Shown piece by piece: positions 29,071 to 42,700 of a stretch of 64,000 nt of DNA (position 1 is the first letter of the stretch; each line of letters starts with the position of its first letter). This stretch comes from Octopus sinensis (Eukaryota). Location of the stretch: positions 24,366,001 to 24,430,000 of the forward strand of contig NC_043010.1 in NCBI RefSeq assembly GCF_006345805.1, written 5' to 3'. The translations under genes were made by a program, and so were the position numbers. The notes under the pieces were generated by a model that saw nothing but the letters and a program-made list of their open reading frames with translations, made no database searches and was not told the DNA's origin.

Positions 29071-29490
29071 CTATCTGGATGAAATCCACTCAATCACACG
29101 CCAGATTTTACCATAACGATAAATACGCGTGTGGTTCAATTGATTACATCCGACGTTATAATTCAAATGCCCCAACCAACAGCGCGCCAAACTTTCACGG
29201 AAAACAAATACAGCATTTAGAAATAAATGCAGCATAATTATAATTAATTAATAAGGGTGAGAGAATTAGATACTAATTTAATAGTATATCTATTCAACAC
29301 CAAGTGGCCTAGTGCTCCAAGAAACCTGGATTATTATAATATTTTATAACATATTATAATATTTTTACAATAAATATAAGAGAGTGGTCACTATATGGCT
29401 CACTCTAGCACCAGTTAATCCAAAAGGTTTCAACCACGAAAATACATGTTTCCCATGAAAGTCAGTACGATTGTTAGCTCACACGGACAG

Positions 29491-29558
<68 letters not shown>

Positions 29559-30425
29559 GAAATGAGGTACTCAGAAAATCGGATGGTTATATTTACAGAT
29601 ATTTATTTGTATATTACATTTTTTATACATCATATAACTTAGATCATGTATTAGTGCTTTCTCCCATTCTAGTGGGGTTTTTAAATCAAACTAAGTTCCT
29701 GTGTGAAAAGTTTTGACCATTTTATAGTGGTAGGGAGGAATATAAGACAGTACAAGAGGGTGATGGATGAGGAGAAAGTGAGAGAGAGAGCATGTGTGTG
29801 TGTGTGCGTGCGTGTGTTTGTGTGTTTTTGTATTTGGAATGAGTGCTAAAGAAAAAGAGGGGAAGGGAGAGGGAAGAAGAAGAAAAGAATTTTGTTTGCT
29901 CTGCTTACTCCAATGGGGGTCTAAGATCATGGGGAAATAGAATTTTAGTTTTGACCATTTCATAGTGTTATTGAGTGTGTGGTGGCGGGGAGGTAGACCA
30001 TCAATTATATTTCTTTTTATCATTGTGAGAGACTGTGTGTGTGTGTGTATTTAATGAGAGATGGTCAAATGGTTTTCTGGGTTTAGAGAAGAAGAATTCT
30101 TTTTATGATTGTTTTGTGGAAGTGTTGATGTCTGTGTGTCTGTGTATGTGGCTGTCTGTGTGTTTGGAGAAGGGGAGAGAGGAGAAAAGGAAAAAAAAGA
30201 AGAAAAAAGGAGAAATAATTGTGTTGATATTTATACCATTATATATATATATATACACATATATACATAAAATGTTTAAAAAAACACCTTTTATCAATTC
30301 AAAATGAATAAATTACACCATCTAGAAAATTACATATAGAAATGTTAAATTAAAATGACAATAAAACGTAAAGATTAAGTAATTACAAAAATAACATAAT
30401 GTTATATATATATATATTATATATA

Positions 30426-30471
<46 letters not shown>

Positions 30472-30546
30472 CTAAATGCTCCACTATATTAAATTGTAAA
30501 TTGAAAGATTTGCCCTTCAATGTAATGATGAGTAAAATTTCATAAA

Positions 30547-30797
30547 AGTCCATACTTGAAAAAGAGACTCTCTTGTGTTGAAGTTACAAATGACAGAATA
30601 CAAACTGACAACTACTGAGTCTGTTGTCTGATCTTCAATTGATTTAGTCTAATATTTCACTGATTAAATAGATATTAGCTTTTATCATACAGGAGCAACT
30701 GGTTCCACAAATTAAAGTGAAATGGTTTCATTCAAATATTAGAATATCCTTTGTTCAATGTTGTATTTTTAAAAACCAAAAAGATATGTGTAGAACT

Positions 30798-30835
<38 letters not shown>

Positions 30836-31094
30836 AATACAGTCCATACTTGAAAAAGAGACTTTCTTGTGTTGAATTTACAAATGATAGAATACAAATT
30901 GACAACTACTGAGTCTGTTGTCTGATCTTCAATTGATTTAGTCTAATATCTCACTGATTGACAGTTAAATAAATATTAGGTTTTATCATACAGGAGCAAC
31001 TGGTTCCACAAATTAAAGTGAAATGGTTTCATTCAAATATTAGGATAGCCTTTGTTCAATGTTGTATTTTTAAAATCCAAAACATATGTGTAGA

Positions 31095-31137
<43 letters not shown>
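30547..31137. repeat. Tandem duplication, 294-bp period, each unit ending in (TG)n
   Basis: AGTCCATACTTGAAAAAGAGACT at 30547 and 30841. Confidence 0.85.
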
Positions 31138-31141
<4 letters not shown>

Positions 31142-31182
31142 ACAGTTTACTTCATCTGGTACAGCTTATTATAGAGATATTT

Positions 31183-32131
31183 TCAACCATATAATTTGGG
31201 GGAGAACTTAGCGATGAAATATTTTTCCATATTCCTCCTGAAAGAGGTGTCGTTCTTCGGACATTTGTAGAAGGGAAAGATCTTAAAATTTCCTTCTCCA
31301 CATGTAGCTAGGTGTGTACTCAGTGGTATCTTGCGTAATTCTTCCTGCCGAACATGTTGTCGGTGAATCCTGGCTCGCTGGCACAAAGAATTTCCAGTTT
31401 CACCTATGTAATCCTCCTTGCACGTGGGACAGGTTATGCAGATCCCACATCTACCATCTCTGCACTCTTTTGCGAAGAATTCAGTTTTAGTTTCTGAAGA
31501 GAATTTCGTTCTTGTTAGATGTTTCTTTAGGTTTTTGTCTTGTTGTCTACTGTTTTTTATGCAATATTTGTTTAGTATGTTTTCCATTTTGGGGCTTTGT
31601 AAGGCTATTGGCAGGTTTGAATGTATGATTTGGAACATGTTGGTAACTCCAGGGTTGTGCGTGTTTATAAAGGGATAATGTTTTCTTTGTTTTTTTGTTT
31701 GGTGTCCGAGTTGTGCGATGTCAGTTTCATTGCTCTTGTGATTCCATTTTCTATTAGTTTAAGGTGGTATTTTTGCTCTAGTAGGAAGTTTTTAAGTTCA
31801 TCTAGTCTTATTAGTCGTGTTTGTGAGTCAGCTACTATGCTACATATTCGTCTTGCCATACTATATGGGATGTTTTCTTTTTGTGTGGGGATGGGTGGCA
31901 GGAGTGGAAATTCAAATATTGGTGTGTTGTCATTTTTTTGTAGTGGATGTCTGTTTTGTGATGATGGAGTTGTGTATTTTGATGTTGATGCCTAGGAAGG
32001 AAGTTCGTTGTGGCTGGTATCTATTGTGAAGTTGATAGATGGGCAGCGTTTTGAGGATGTGTGGAATGTTCGTAGGTCTTCTTCTGATCTCTTTCCAAAA
32101 GATGAAGCAGTCATCGAGGTAGTGTTTCCAT
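31183..32131 (-). mobile_element. Penelope-like element remnant (RT 3' part plus GIY-YIG)
   Basis: WKHYLDDCFIFW, MARRICSIV, CRDGRCGIC, TCPTCKEDYIGETGNSLCQRARIH, IFPFYKC..FIAKFSPKL; 5' junction in (TA)n. Confidence 0.88.
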
Positions 32132-32180
32132 GTATGTATATATATATACATACATGTATGTATATATAAATATTACTACA

Positions 32181-32228
<48 letters not shown>

Positions 32229-32305
32229 TGTATTTTCCCTTGTAATAATTAACACGGAAAATATATTTTTCCAGGGTAGTAAAAAATCACACAAGTAAAG
32301 GTTGG

Positions 32306-32347
<42 letters not shown>

Positions 32348-32439
32348 TATATATATGTGTGTGTGATTATACATATATGCATGCACAATCACATTTATAT
32401 GCGCTTTTATTCTCCCTATTGGTTTCAGTAATTTGACTG

Positions 32440-32608
32440 CGGCCATGTGGGAGTACCGCCTTTAGTCGAACAATCGACCCCAGGACTTCTTCTTTGTAAG
32501 CCTAGAGCTTATTCTATCGGTATTTTTGCCGAACCGCTAGATTACGGGGACTTAAACACGCCAGCATCTGTTGTCAAGCGATGGTGGGAGGACAACACAG
32601 ACACGCAA

Positions 32609-32649
<41 letters not shown>

Positions 32650-32750
32650 GACTGGCCTCTTTCAGTTTCCGTCTACCAAACCCACTCACAAGGCTTTGGT
32701 CGGACCGAGGCTATAGCGTAAGATACTTGCCCAATTTTAGACGCCACTCG
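32440..32750 (-). mobile_element. SINE family A variant
   Basis: CCGCCTTTAGTCGAAC..TTTCAGTTTCCGTCTACCAAA segments. Confidence 0.65.
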
Positions 32751-32829
32751 TATTTACTATCACATACATACATACACACACATACACGCGCGCACTCACA
32801 CATACACGCGCGCACTCACACATACACAC

Positions 32830-33160
<331 letters not shown>

Positions 33161-33230
33161 CAGAAATTTGTGTATATATTTTGACTGAAATAGACAAATG
33201 ATTTTTTTGTTTTTTTTTCTGTTTGAATTT

Positions 33231-33519
33231 TTACAGATTGAGTTTAACTTTGTGGTAGAATAAATGCTTCAAAACTTCTTGATCACTAACGACTCTCACG
33301 AAGATGGTCAACACCGATTTTCGGACATTGAGTATTTCGAAGCTACGAATGGATTTATTTGAATCCGATAGATGTTCCTTCGACTGCATCTTATTCCATG
33401 AAATATTTATTTCTCTTTCTCTTCCATCTAAGTCCAAAGAATCTGATCTAAGTACCTCCTGGGCTCTGACAGTATGTGTCTCTGTATATTTTTCGAGTAC
33501 ATAGTCAAGACGCAGCAAC
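33231..33519 (-). CDS. Candidate terminal exon, unidentified
   Basis: 95-codon non-repetitive open frame LLRLDYVLEKY..KHLFYHKVKLNL*; only a weak AAG acceptor. Confidence 0.25.
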
Positions 33520-33810
33520 CTTTATTAATCGATTGCAGCTAGGCCCGTGGGGATATTTTTTAAAGCGAGCTTCATACGCCTGCGCTTCAACTTACATCAG
33601 TTAACGCTGTTTCCTGATGCAAAGGCTGCTAGCAATAGTCAGAGTATATTCTATTAGCAGTTATAAAACTTGAAAGGCTCACATTGACGCAACTTATAAT
33701 TAGATTGGGTATAACCAAGTTGACATTATGAAAGCTTCGAAATTCGGTGAACAGAAGAGGGTTAAATTATGCACGCGTTACATGATTCATACATACATAC
33801 ATATATATGA

Positions 33811-33850
<40 letters not shown>

Positions 33851-33986
33851 ATATAGATATATAATATATATATATTATATATATATATATATACAGGTAT
33901 TTATGCATGTGCGGTGTGTGTATAAGTAATGTATATATGTACATACATATATATATATATATATAAATATATATATAGATTATACA

Positions 33987-34025
<39 letters not shown>

Positions 34026-34050
34026 TATATATCTATATAACTATATATAG

Positions 34051-34100
<50 letters not shown>

Positions 34101-34213
34101 TGTTGTATTAGGAATGGTAATATTTAAACGTATATATATATATATGTATATATACATATACCGTTCTTACGTTGTGTGTGTTTCTTTCTCGGATATATGA
34201 TCCACTGGCGTTA

Positions 34214-34270
<57 letters not shown>

Positions 34271-34333
34271 TATATATGTATGTATGTATATATGTAGTAT
34301 ATATACATAAATATATATGTATATGTAATATTT

Positions 34334-34365
<32 letters not shown>

Positions 34366-34380
34366 TAATATAAATGTATG

Positions 34381-34435
<55 letters not shown>

Positions 34436-34754
34436 TGTGTCGTCACATACAAAGTTTACGAGGTATCCAGAAGTTGTGTAATGGAAAGGAATTATATTGT
34501 ATGTCAGCTAGGTTTACACATTAGGCGGACCCTGTTCCTTTGATAAACAGTTAAGGCTCAATTGATATTTCTTTTTCGTACCACTAATTCAAAAGTTATG
34601 TGTAGTTATCACACTTTTACAGCTTGTTTGGCTTTAAACTATATGAATTTCTATGGTTAAAAACGAACTTGTGTGTAGTCTGTTATTATCTTGTAAAGCG
34701 TTGTAACGATCTAAAGAAAATGATGAAAATGACAGCAAGAAAGCTAAAAAGGCC

Positions 34755-35110
34755 TTTCTGCTTCTTCTTCTTCTTCATCATCTTCTTCTTCTTCTTCTTC
34801 TTCTTCTTCTCTTCTTTCTTCTTCCTTCTCTTCTTCTTTCTTCTTCTTTTTTCTCGTTTGTTTCTTCTTTTTCTTTTCTTCTTCTTCTTTTCTTTTCTTC
34901 TTCTTCTTCTTCTTCTTCTTCTTCTTCTTTTTTCTTTCTTCTTCTTCTCTTCTTTTCTCTGTTTCTTCTTCTTTTTCTCTTTCTTTCTTCTTTTCTTCTT
35001 CTTCCCTTCTTTCTTTTCTTCTTCTCTTTCTTCTTTCTTCGTGCTTCTTCTGCTTCTTCTCTTCTCTTCTTCTTCTTCTTCTTCCTATCTTTCTTTTTTT
35101 TCTTTTTTCT
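34755..35110. repeat. (CTT)n-rich polypyrimidine tract
   Basis: Direct reading. Confidence 0.9.
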
Positions 35111-35619
35111 TTACATTCGAAGAAACAGTTGAAGAAATCATGGCAGAAGAAAATGAATACCCCACCAAAAACCAAAGTGTATAAAAAATAGTGTAATGAT
35201 GGGAACAAGAAGATGAAAGCAAAGCGGAGAGAAGATGCAGAGAGTGTTGCGGAGGAGGTGATGGGGTACTCAAGTTTCGTAGTTTACAACCATAGTGTTG
35301 TTTGTTTATTTGTTTTTTCGTTTGTTTATTTATTTATTTTCTCTGAGTGAAAACTCTAAAGTGAATATAGCGATTTTACAAAAGATGAAGATGAAGAAAT
35401 GAGAACGACAGGGAAAGAAAAGGAGAGGGAGAGAGAGAGTGAAGGGAAGAAGAACCTAAAAGGGTGTGTGGGGAGGGTGAGTTGTGTGAGGTATTATTAA
35501 ATTGGCTGAGGAAAAATCGGTGGAGTGCTGAAGGGGATGTGTCGTCGAAGATCGAGTAATTTTTGTTTACTAGAAATATTTTAGGGAAACCATTGAAGTG
35601 ACTGGCTGAGCGAAAGTGA

Positions 35620-36575
35620 AAGTGAATGAATGTGAAAGAAAAGAAAAGAAAGAAAGAAAGAAAGAAAGAAAGAGAGAAAGGAAAGAATAAGGTGAAGAAG
35701 AAGAAGAAGAAGAAGAAGAAAATGAGATGAGGAAGAGGTAAAGAAGGGGAGGTAGGCAAAAAGGAGAAGGAGGAGAGACATAGGGAGAAAAGAAGAAGAA
35801 GAAGAAGAAGGAGGAGGAGAAGGAGGAGGAGGGAAAAAAAGTAGGAAGAAGAAGAAGGGGTAGAAGAAGGAGGAGGGAAAAAAGAAGGAAGAAGAAGGAG
35901 GAGGAGGAGGAGGAAAAAAGTAGGAAGAAGAAGAAGGAGGAGGGAAAAAAGAAGGAAGAAGGAGGAGGAGGAGGAGGAGGGAAAAAGAAGGAAGAAGAAG
36001 AAGAAGAAGAAGAAGAAGAGGGAGGAGGAGGGAAAAAAGAAGGAAGAAGAAGAAGAAGGAGGAGGAGGAGGAGGGAAAAAGAAGGAAGAAGAAGAAGGAG
36101 TAGAAGAAGAAGGAGGAGGGAAAAAGAAGAAGAAGAAGGAGGAGGAGGAGGAGGAAAAAAGAAGGAAGAAGAAGAAGGGGTAGAAGAAGAAGGAGGAGGG
36201 AAAAAGAAGGAAGAAGAAGAAGAAGGAGGAGGAGGAGGAGGGAAAAAGAAGGAAGAAGAAGAAGGGTAGAAGAAGAAGGAGGAGGGAAAAAGAAGGAAGA
36301 AGAAGAAGAAGAAGAAGAAGAAGGAAGGAGGAGGAGGAGGAGGAAAAAAGAAGGAAGAAGAAGAAGGGGTAGAAGAAGAAGGAGGAGGGAAAAAGAAGGA
36401 AGAAGAAGAAGAAGAAGAAGAAGAAGAAGAAGAAAAAGGAAGGGAAGAAGTAGAAGAAGAAGGAGTAGAAAAAGAAGAAGAAGAAGAAGGAGAAGGAAAA
36501 AAGAAGAAGAAGGAACAAGAAGAGGAAGAAGAAGAAGAAGAAGAAGGAGGAGGATGGGGAGGAGAAGAAGAGGTC
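35620..36575. repeat. (GAA/GGA)n polypurine tract with higher-order units
   Basis: Direct reading; recurring GGAGGAGGGAAAAAGAAGGAAGAAGAA. Confidence 0.9.
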
Positions 36576-38376
36576 GAGGATAAATCCTTGTGAGTGGACT
36601 TGGTAGATTGAAACTGAAATAAGTTCGTCGCGTGTGTCTGTGTGTCTGTGTATCTGTCTGTATTTCTGTCTGTCTCTGTGTCTGTATGTCTTCCAAATTC
36701 AATCGCAAGACGTTGATTGGTCCTGAATCATAGTAAAAGACACACGCCCAAGGTGCCGCGTAGTGGCACTGTGCCCAAAGCAAGTTTCTCGATCACGTAG
36801 TGGTGAAGAAGAATATATGAAGAACACACACACACACATATTTATGTGTCCGTGTGAGTGTGTGTGTATGTGTGTGAGTATGCATGTGTGTGTATATGTG
36901 TGTGTGTATGCGTGTGTGTGCGTGTGTGTGTGTGTGTGAAGTGTGGCGGAATCGTTAGCACGCCGAACAAAATACTATGCAGCATTTCGTTCATCTTCGC
37001 GTTCTGGGTTCAAATTCCACCGAGGTCGACTTTGCCTTTGAGCCTTTCGGGGTCGATAAATTAAGTACCAGTTGAACACTTGCGTGGGGTGGGGGCTCAA
37101 CGTAAATTTCATGCTTTATGCCTATAGTCAAAGAGCTTATTATCATTGTTGATGTAGCTGTTGTTAGCGCAGCAGTTTTACTTCGACTGTATGACAGCAG
37201 CAGCGAAAGAACACACACCAACGAAAGAACACACACCAACTATACTTTTGTTGATTCAAGCAACTCTACAACCACCATCATTATTCGTGATTTCGTGCCA
37301 AATCATTATCATAGCTGTTATTATTGCGGTGGTAGTTGTTTTCGTTACAGTAAAAATGGCGGTATGTTTTGGGGAGGGGGATGGCGATGTTATTGTTGTT
37401 TTTTTATTCTCTTCATTTCCTACGTCGTGTAGCTCTTTGCCAACAAATGTCTTCGTAACTGTTTCTCTTCACTCCCTCGTATAACTGGGTGTGGTTCGTA
37501 AATATGTTTTCTTTGTTTAACAAAATTCTTCACCAAGATATTTCGCTCTTACTTTTGTGCGTGAGATCTTAACAAGAACGAACATCCGTTATTTATTGCA
37601 AGCCTTTGTAAATGAAACTGGATGCAGGAAATAGAAATGATACCGGAATATGGATCTCTCTGTGTGTTTTAGTTTCTCTTTTGGTATATCTCTGCGCTGA
37701 AATCTGGACGTATGCGTACATATGTTTATAGTCCTGTTTATATACTCAACACGTGTATGCATTTGTGTGTATGTGTATGTATGTATGTATGTGTGTCTGT
37801 GTGTGTGCGTGTATGTGTGTGAGAGTGAGTGTCTGTGGATGAGTGTGTCTGTCTGTATGTATACGTGTGTGTGAGAGTGAGTGTATGTGAGTGTGTGTGT
37901 GCGTAGGTGTGTGAGAGAGTGAGTGTGTGTATATGTGTGTGTATGTGAGTCTGTGTATGCGTGTGTGAGTGTGAGTGTGTATGTGCATGTGTGTGTGTTT
38001 GTGTTTGCGTGTGTCAGAGGTGTGTGCGCGCGCGTGCGTGTGTGTGGGAGAGAGAGAGTGAGTGTGTGTGAATGTATGTGTGTCTATGTGTTTGTATGTT
38101 TGCGTATGTGTGTGTGCCTTTGTCTGTGATTGTAGGTTTGTTATTTTATTTAAGTTTCAAGATTTTTCCTTCACTTTTTGACCTCTGTTCAAGAAATAAA
38201 GAAAAGCCCTCAGCTGAAAGAAAAGAAACTGAAAAAATTACACGTGGTGGTCATAGCAGGAATACTAATTATTCTTAGTATAGTTTGTTCAGATGGCAAC
38301 TTGATCTAAAGGCGAACATGAAAAACCATAAATTCATGAATATATTCTTATGGTGGGAAATACACACACACACACA

Positions 38377-38414
<38 letters not shown>

Positions 38415-38418
38415 CACA

Positions 38419-38451
<33 letters not shown>

Positions 38452-38587
38452 GAATATATATATATATATGTATATATGTTTATATATACATATATATATA
38501 TATATATATACATATATATGTATATAATATGCATATATATATATATGTATATATATATATATGTATATATATATGTATATATATATG

Positions 38588-38619
<32 letters not shown>

Positions 38620-38999
38620 ATATATATATATATATATTCGTTAGCTACTGCACGCATTTTTTTCTCTCCTTCTTCTGTGTTTTTTCTCTCTCTGTGTATC
38701 TTTCTGTTGAAGAGCGTAGGCTCGAACGTTAAAGACTTGTTTTATTTATATTTCCTCCTGCGCCCATACTAATACAATTGTTCGTTTGTTTTCCACCTGC
38801 CTTCGTCTTTTGTTTATTTTCATAAAGCTTCCCGTTATATATACATGTATATATATATATATATATATCTACATATATACATACATATATATATTATATA
38901 TGTATGTTCTACGTTATATATTCTAATAATTGCTGGTATTTTTATATATGTAAAGCATAATCTGTTATACATGTATGTATATTGTTATAATTGTTTTTC

Positions 39000-39039
<40 letters not shown>

Positions 39040-39327
39040 ATAGACATAATATAATATCAAAAAGTTGATGAATTCCACCTCTTGAATACCACCATTTTTT
39101 TATTGCTCTATAAATCAAGGGTAAAACAACATTTTACCCTCTCCCATTTATTACATTTATTAAATGCCACGCAATAAAAAGCACTTGTGTATTAATAATT
39201 GTGTATTATACCAGTAGTATATTGGATAGATATTATCCCTTAGTTGGTTGGATTCACAACCTCTCTCTTGGAATTATATATATTTTTGTATATATATGAT
39301 ATATATATATATATATATATACAACAC

Positions 39328-39386
<59 letters not shown>

Positions 39387-39725
39387 CGTATTTGTATCGT
39401 GTGTTGTAAGAAATGCTATTGAACCTTGGGAGTGGCATTATGCTGGTACTAATAAACACACGCACTGGTTTGATCCTTTATTGTTATTGTCCAGTATTGG
39501 TAATGTTGCTATTTCGGGGTTTTTTTTCTTTCAGCTGAGGGTTGTATTTCTTGGAACTTAGATGCGACAACAAACCTACAATTACAGGCAAAGGTACACA
39601 CACACACACATACATATACTAGTATATCTGTGAGTAAACATATGTGTATAGAGATACAGGTAGATAGCCAGACAGTCAGACAGGCTGAGAGACAGACAGG
39701 CAGGTAGCCAAGCAGATAGATAGAT

Positions 39726-42700
39726 AACTTTCTTTATTGGCCACACAAGGCTGGACACAGAGGGGACAATTACAAATGTAGAGCTTTTCTTTTCGGAGAT
39801 GGAAAAAGAAAAAGAAGATAAAAAGGAAACAAATGTAAAATTTCGATCAAAAGGGATCGGAAGAAAAAAAACGATCAAAAGGGATTGTGTATCACAGGAA
39901 GAATTTTTTTTTTGTTTCAAAGTAACAAACAAGATTAGGTTCATCCGTGGAAAGAAAAGCCTACAGAAAAGACCACGGTAACCTCAGGCAGGGAGGAAAT
40001 AAATACATGAGAGCAAAGTGCTCTCTCTCTCTCTTTTACGATTTACAGGATCATGCTCAAAGTGGATTCGTCACTCGCACGCACCATCTTTGCTACATTC
40101 ACCCACCATTTTTTGAAACTTTCACGAGACAAAACCTGCCTTTCCATTCTCACCTTCCTTTTCAAGTGGTACTTGAAAAAGTTGATGAGCGATTGGCCAG
40201 AGAGGTTTGTCTCTAATCCTTTCGCTCGAGTCCACCACACACATTCTTTCACTAATGCCACCAGTACGATGAAAACTGCCTTGCCTTCCCGGATGGTCCC
40301 GGATGGCAGAGTTGCTTGAGAGCAACACGACACTCGCGGTGCCATTCGCCTAGCCTCGGTCTCTGTATGATCCACGATTGTAGTTCGGCCAAGGAGACGA
40401 GCTTCGGGAAAGCGCGCCGCACAAAAGGCGACCACACCTGTTCACCATCGTCTATGAAGCGCCGGAGATGACGCATTCTCAGCGCATGTCTGCACATCAT
40501 CAAACACGGCATGCCTAGCCCTCCATTTAGCGGATGTTGACAGCAAATGGATCGCCTAACCATCGGAACGCTTCCCTTCCACAGGAAGCGGAAGAGTATG
40601 CGTTCCAGTTTGGTGATGGTAGGGTCGGGAGAAGGCACGACGGTCAGGCGGTACTCGATGACGGATGCGATGTACGCGTTCGCCACCTCCGCCCGACCTT
40701 GTAGGTATAGCTTCCTCTCAGCCCATTGCTGGGTGAGAGTGGCCACCCTAGTCGTTATTTCGCCCCAGTTCTCCATTTGGAGGTCCGGACCGAACCAGAC
40801 TCCGAGAAATTTAACCGGTCCGTCGGTCCAGTGTCCCACGATGGAGACGCTGTTGGACGGCATGGGCTTGCTTCTCAAGGTGCCGAGCCGCAAGCCCACT
40901 GACTTTTCCCGGTTAATTTTTGCTTCCGTTACCGCTTCGTATTCATTTAGTGTCTCGCCGACAAGGTCGATGTGCTTGTGGCTCGACACTATGATGGTGA
41001 CGTCGTCCGCGTATGTAGACACGCTCCTCCCACATCCCAGCTCTCGTGGGATGCCCCTCAGCATCGCTAGTTTCCGCAGTAGTGGCTCAGAAGCGAGGAG
41101 AAGGGGTATCCTTGACGAACCGAACGCATGATGTTAAAAGGTCTGGAAAGATGACCATTTACGCGAACTACCGAGTGGATGCCGCTGTATAAAGCAGCGA
41201 CCCAACCGCGGAAGATGGGACTGAAATCAGCCGCTTTAAGGACAGCCTCCAAGTAGTGATGGTCAACCCTATCGAAGGCTTTTGATTGATCCAAATTGAT
41301 CAACGCTCCACCTACGCCAGGATCCTTAACTACCCTGTCTATGATGTAGCGCATCAGATGGAGGTTGTCATGGTCCTACCTAGCACGGCGCACGTTTGCG
41401 CTTTGTCGACTAGTTTCTCGATGACAAGCGCCAAACTCTCGGCTAACACCTTGGCCAAAATTTTCAAATCTGCATTGAAGTTATCTATGACGTCCCCCTT
41501 CTTTGGATCTTTCTTCAGCAGTGCCACTGCTCCTTGCTTTACAAAGGCGGGGATACTCCCGTTTTGCTGCCAGTTGCAGTAGACAGCTGCCAAGACGCCT
41601 CCAAACTAGTCTGGCATATGACAATAAAGTTCGTAGGGCAGACCATCCAAGCCTGGTGACTTGTCTCTCGCGCAGCCTGCCATCGCATCCCGTACGTCCG
41701 CGGCTGTGATGGGTTTTTCACAACACTCCGCCTCTCTTGCTGAGAGTCATGACAGGGCATGCAGGTAGGCACTAAAGTCCACTCTGCGTTCTGACCCACC
41801 ACTTCGGTAAAGTGTTGTTGAAAAGCCTCACACATCGAGTAATTCGCGCCCCTGTTCAACTGTAAGTGACCTGATGGTGGCTCTGTTGCCTCGTTGCGTC
41901 TCCACCACTCGTGCCCCTCGGGCGGCTTCAACTCCTTCGTTCCTCGGAGCACGCCTCTTAGCTCTGACATCGCATCCTTCGTGTTTGGCGTTGAGGTGTT
42001 GGTCGAGGGCCAACCTCGCTGCCAGTACGTTGGATGCAATGCCAGTTTTAAGAGCCTCTTCTAAATTCTTAACTAAGTCTCCCTCTATTCTATTTCGGTC
42101 TAATGCTAGGGCCTTACTGTACCTAACCGATTCTGCTTTAATTGCTTTCTTTAGAGCATACCACCATCTGTTGTTGATTATGGCACCCATCAAAGCTATC
42201 TTTACTAATGTACTAATCCGGTCCCTGTAAGCCTGGCGTGCCGTGAAAGACGCGTTCAGCTTCCAGTAACCAGGACCCTGCCTATGTGTCTTATCTAAGT
42301 CAAGTGTACAAGTCACAAATTTGTGGTCTGTGTAGCTGACTATATGGAATTGTGGACAACCTACACTATCTTTATCTACTGTCCTACAGAATACTCAATC
42401 TAAGTACGATTTGGACGACCCGATGCGGTTGCTCCATGTCCACATTGGCACTTTCGGGTGGTCCAGTCGGTACTTGTCAGAAAGTTGGAAACGTCTGAGC
42501 AGGTCTTTGAGGTATTTGCACCCCCTCCTATTATTATCTCTGCCCACGTAGTCTAGATGCGTACACAGGGTGGCGTTCCAGTCCCCCACTAAAACTAAAG
42601 GTCGAGACGTTCCAAGGAAAACCTCTAGTCGTCGAAAGAAATCTAGCCGGTCTGTTAAGGACGGTGCATAAACTGTTATCGGTCGAAAAGCACACTCATT

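Larger units (their letters stand above)
28300..29494 (-). mobile_element. Non-coding tandem array (~534-bp unit, ~2.2 copies) carrying HHRs; retrozyme/PLE pLTR-like
   Basis: Units begin near 28300, 28839 and 29373; one HHR per complete unit; flanked by TA-rich repeats; no ORF. Confidence 0.85.
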
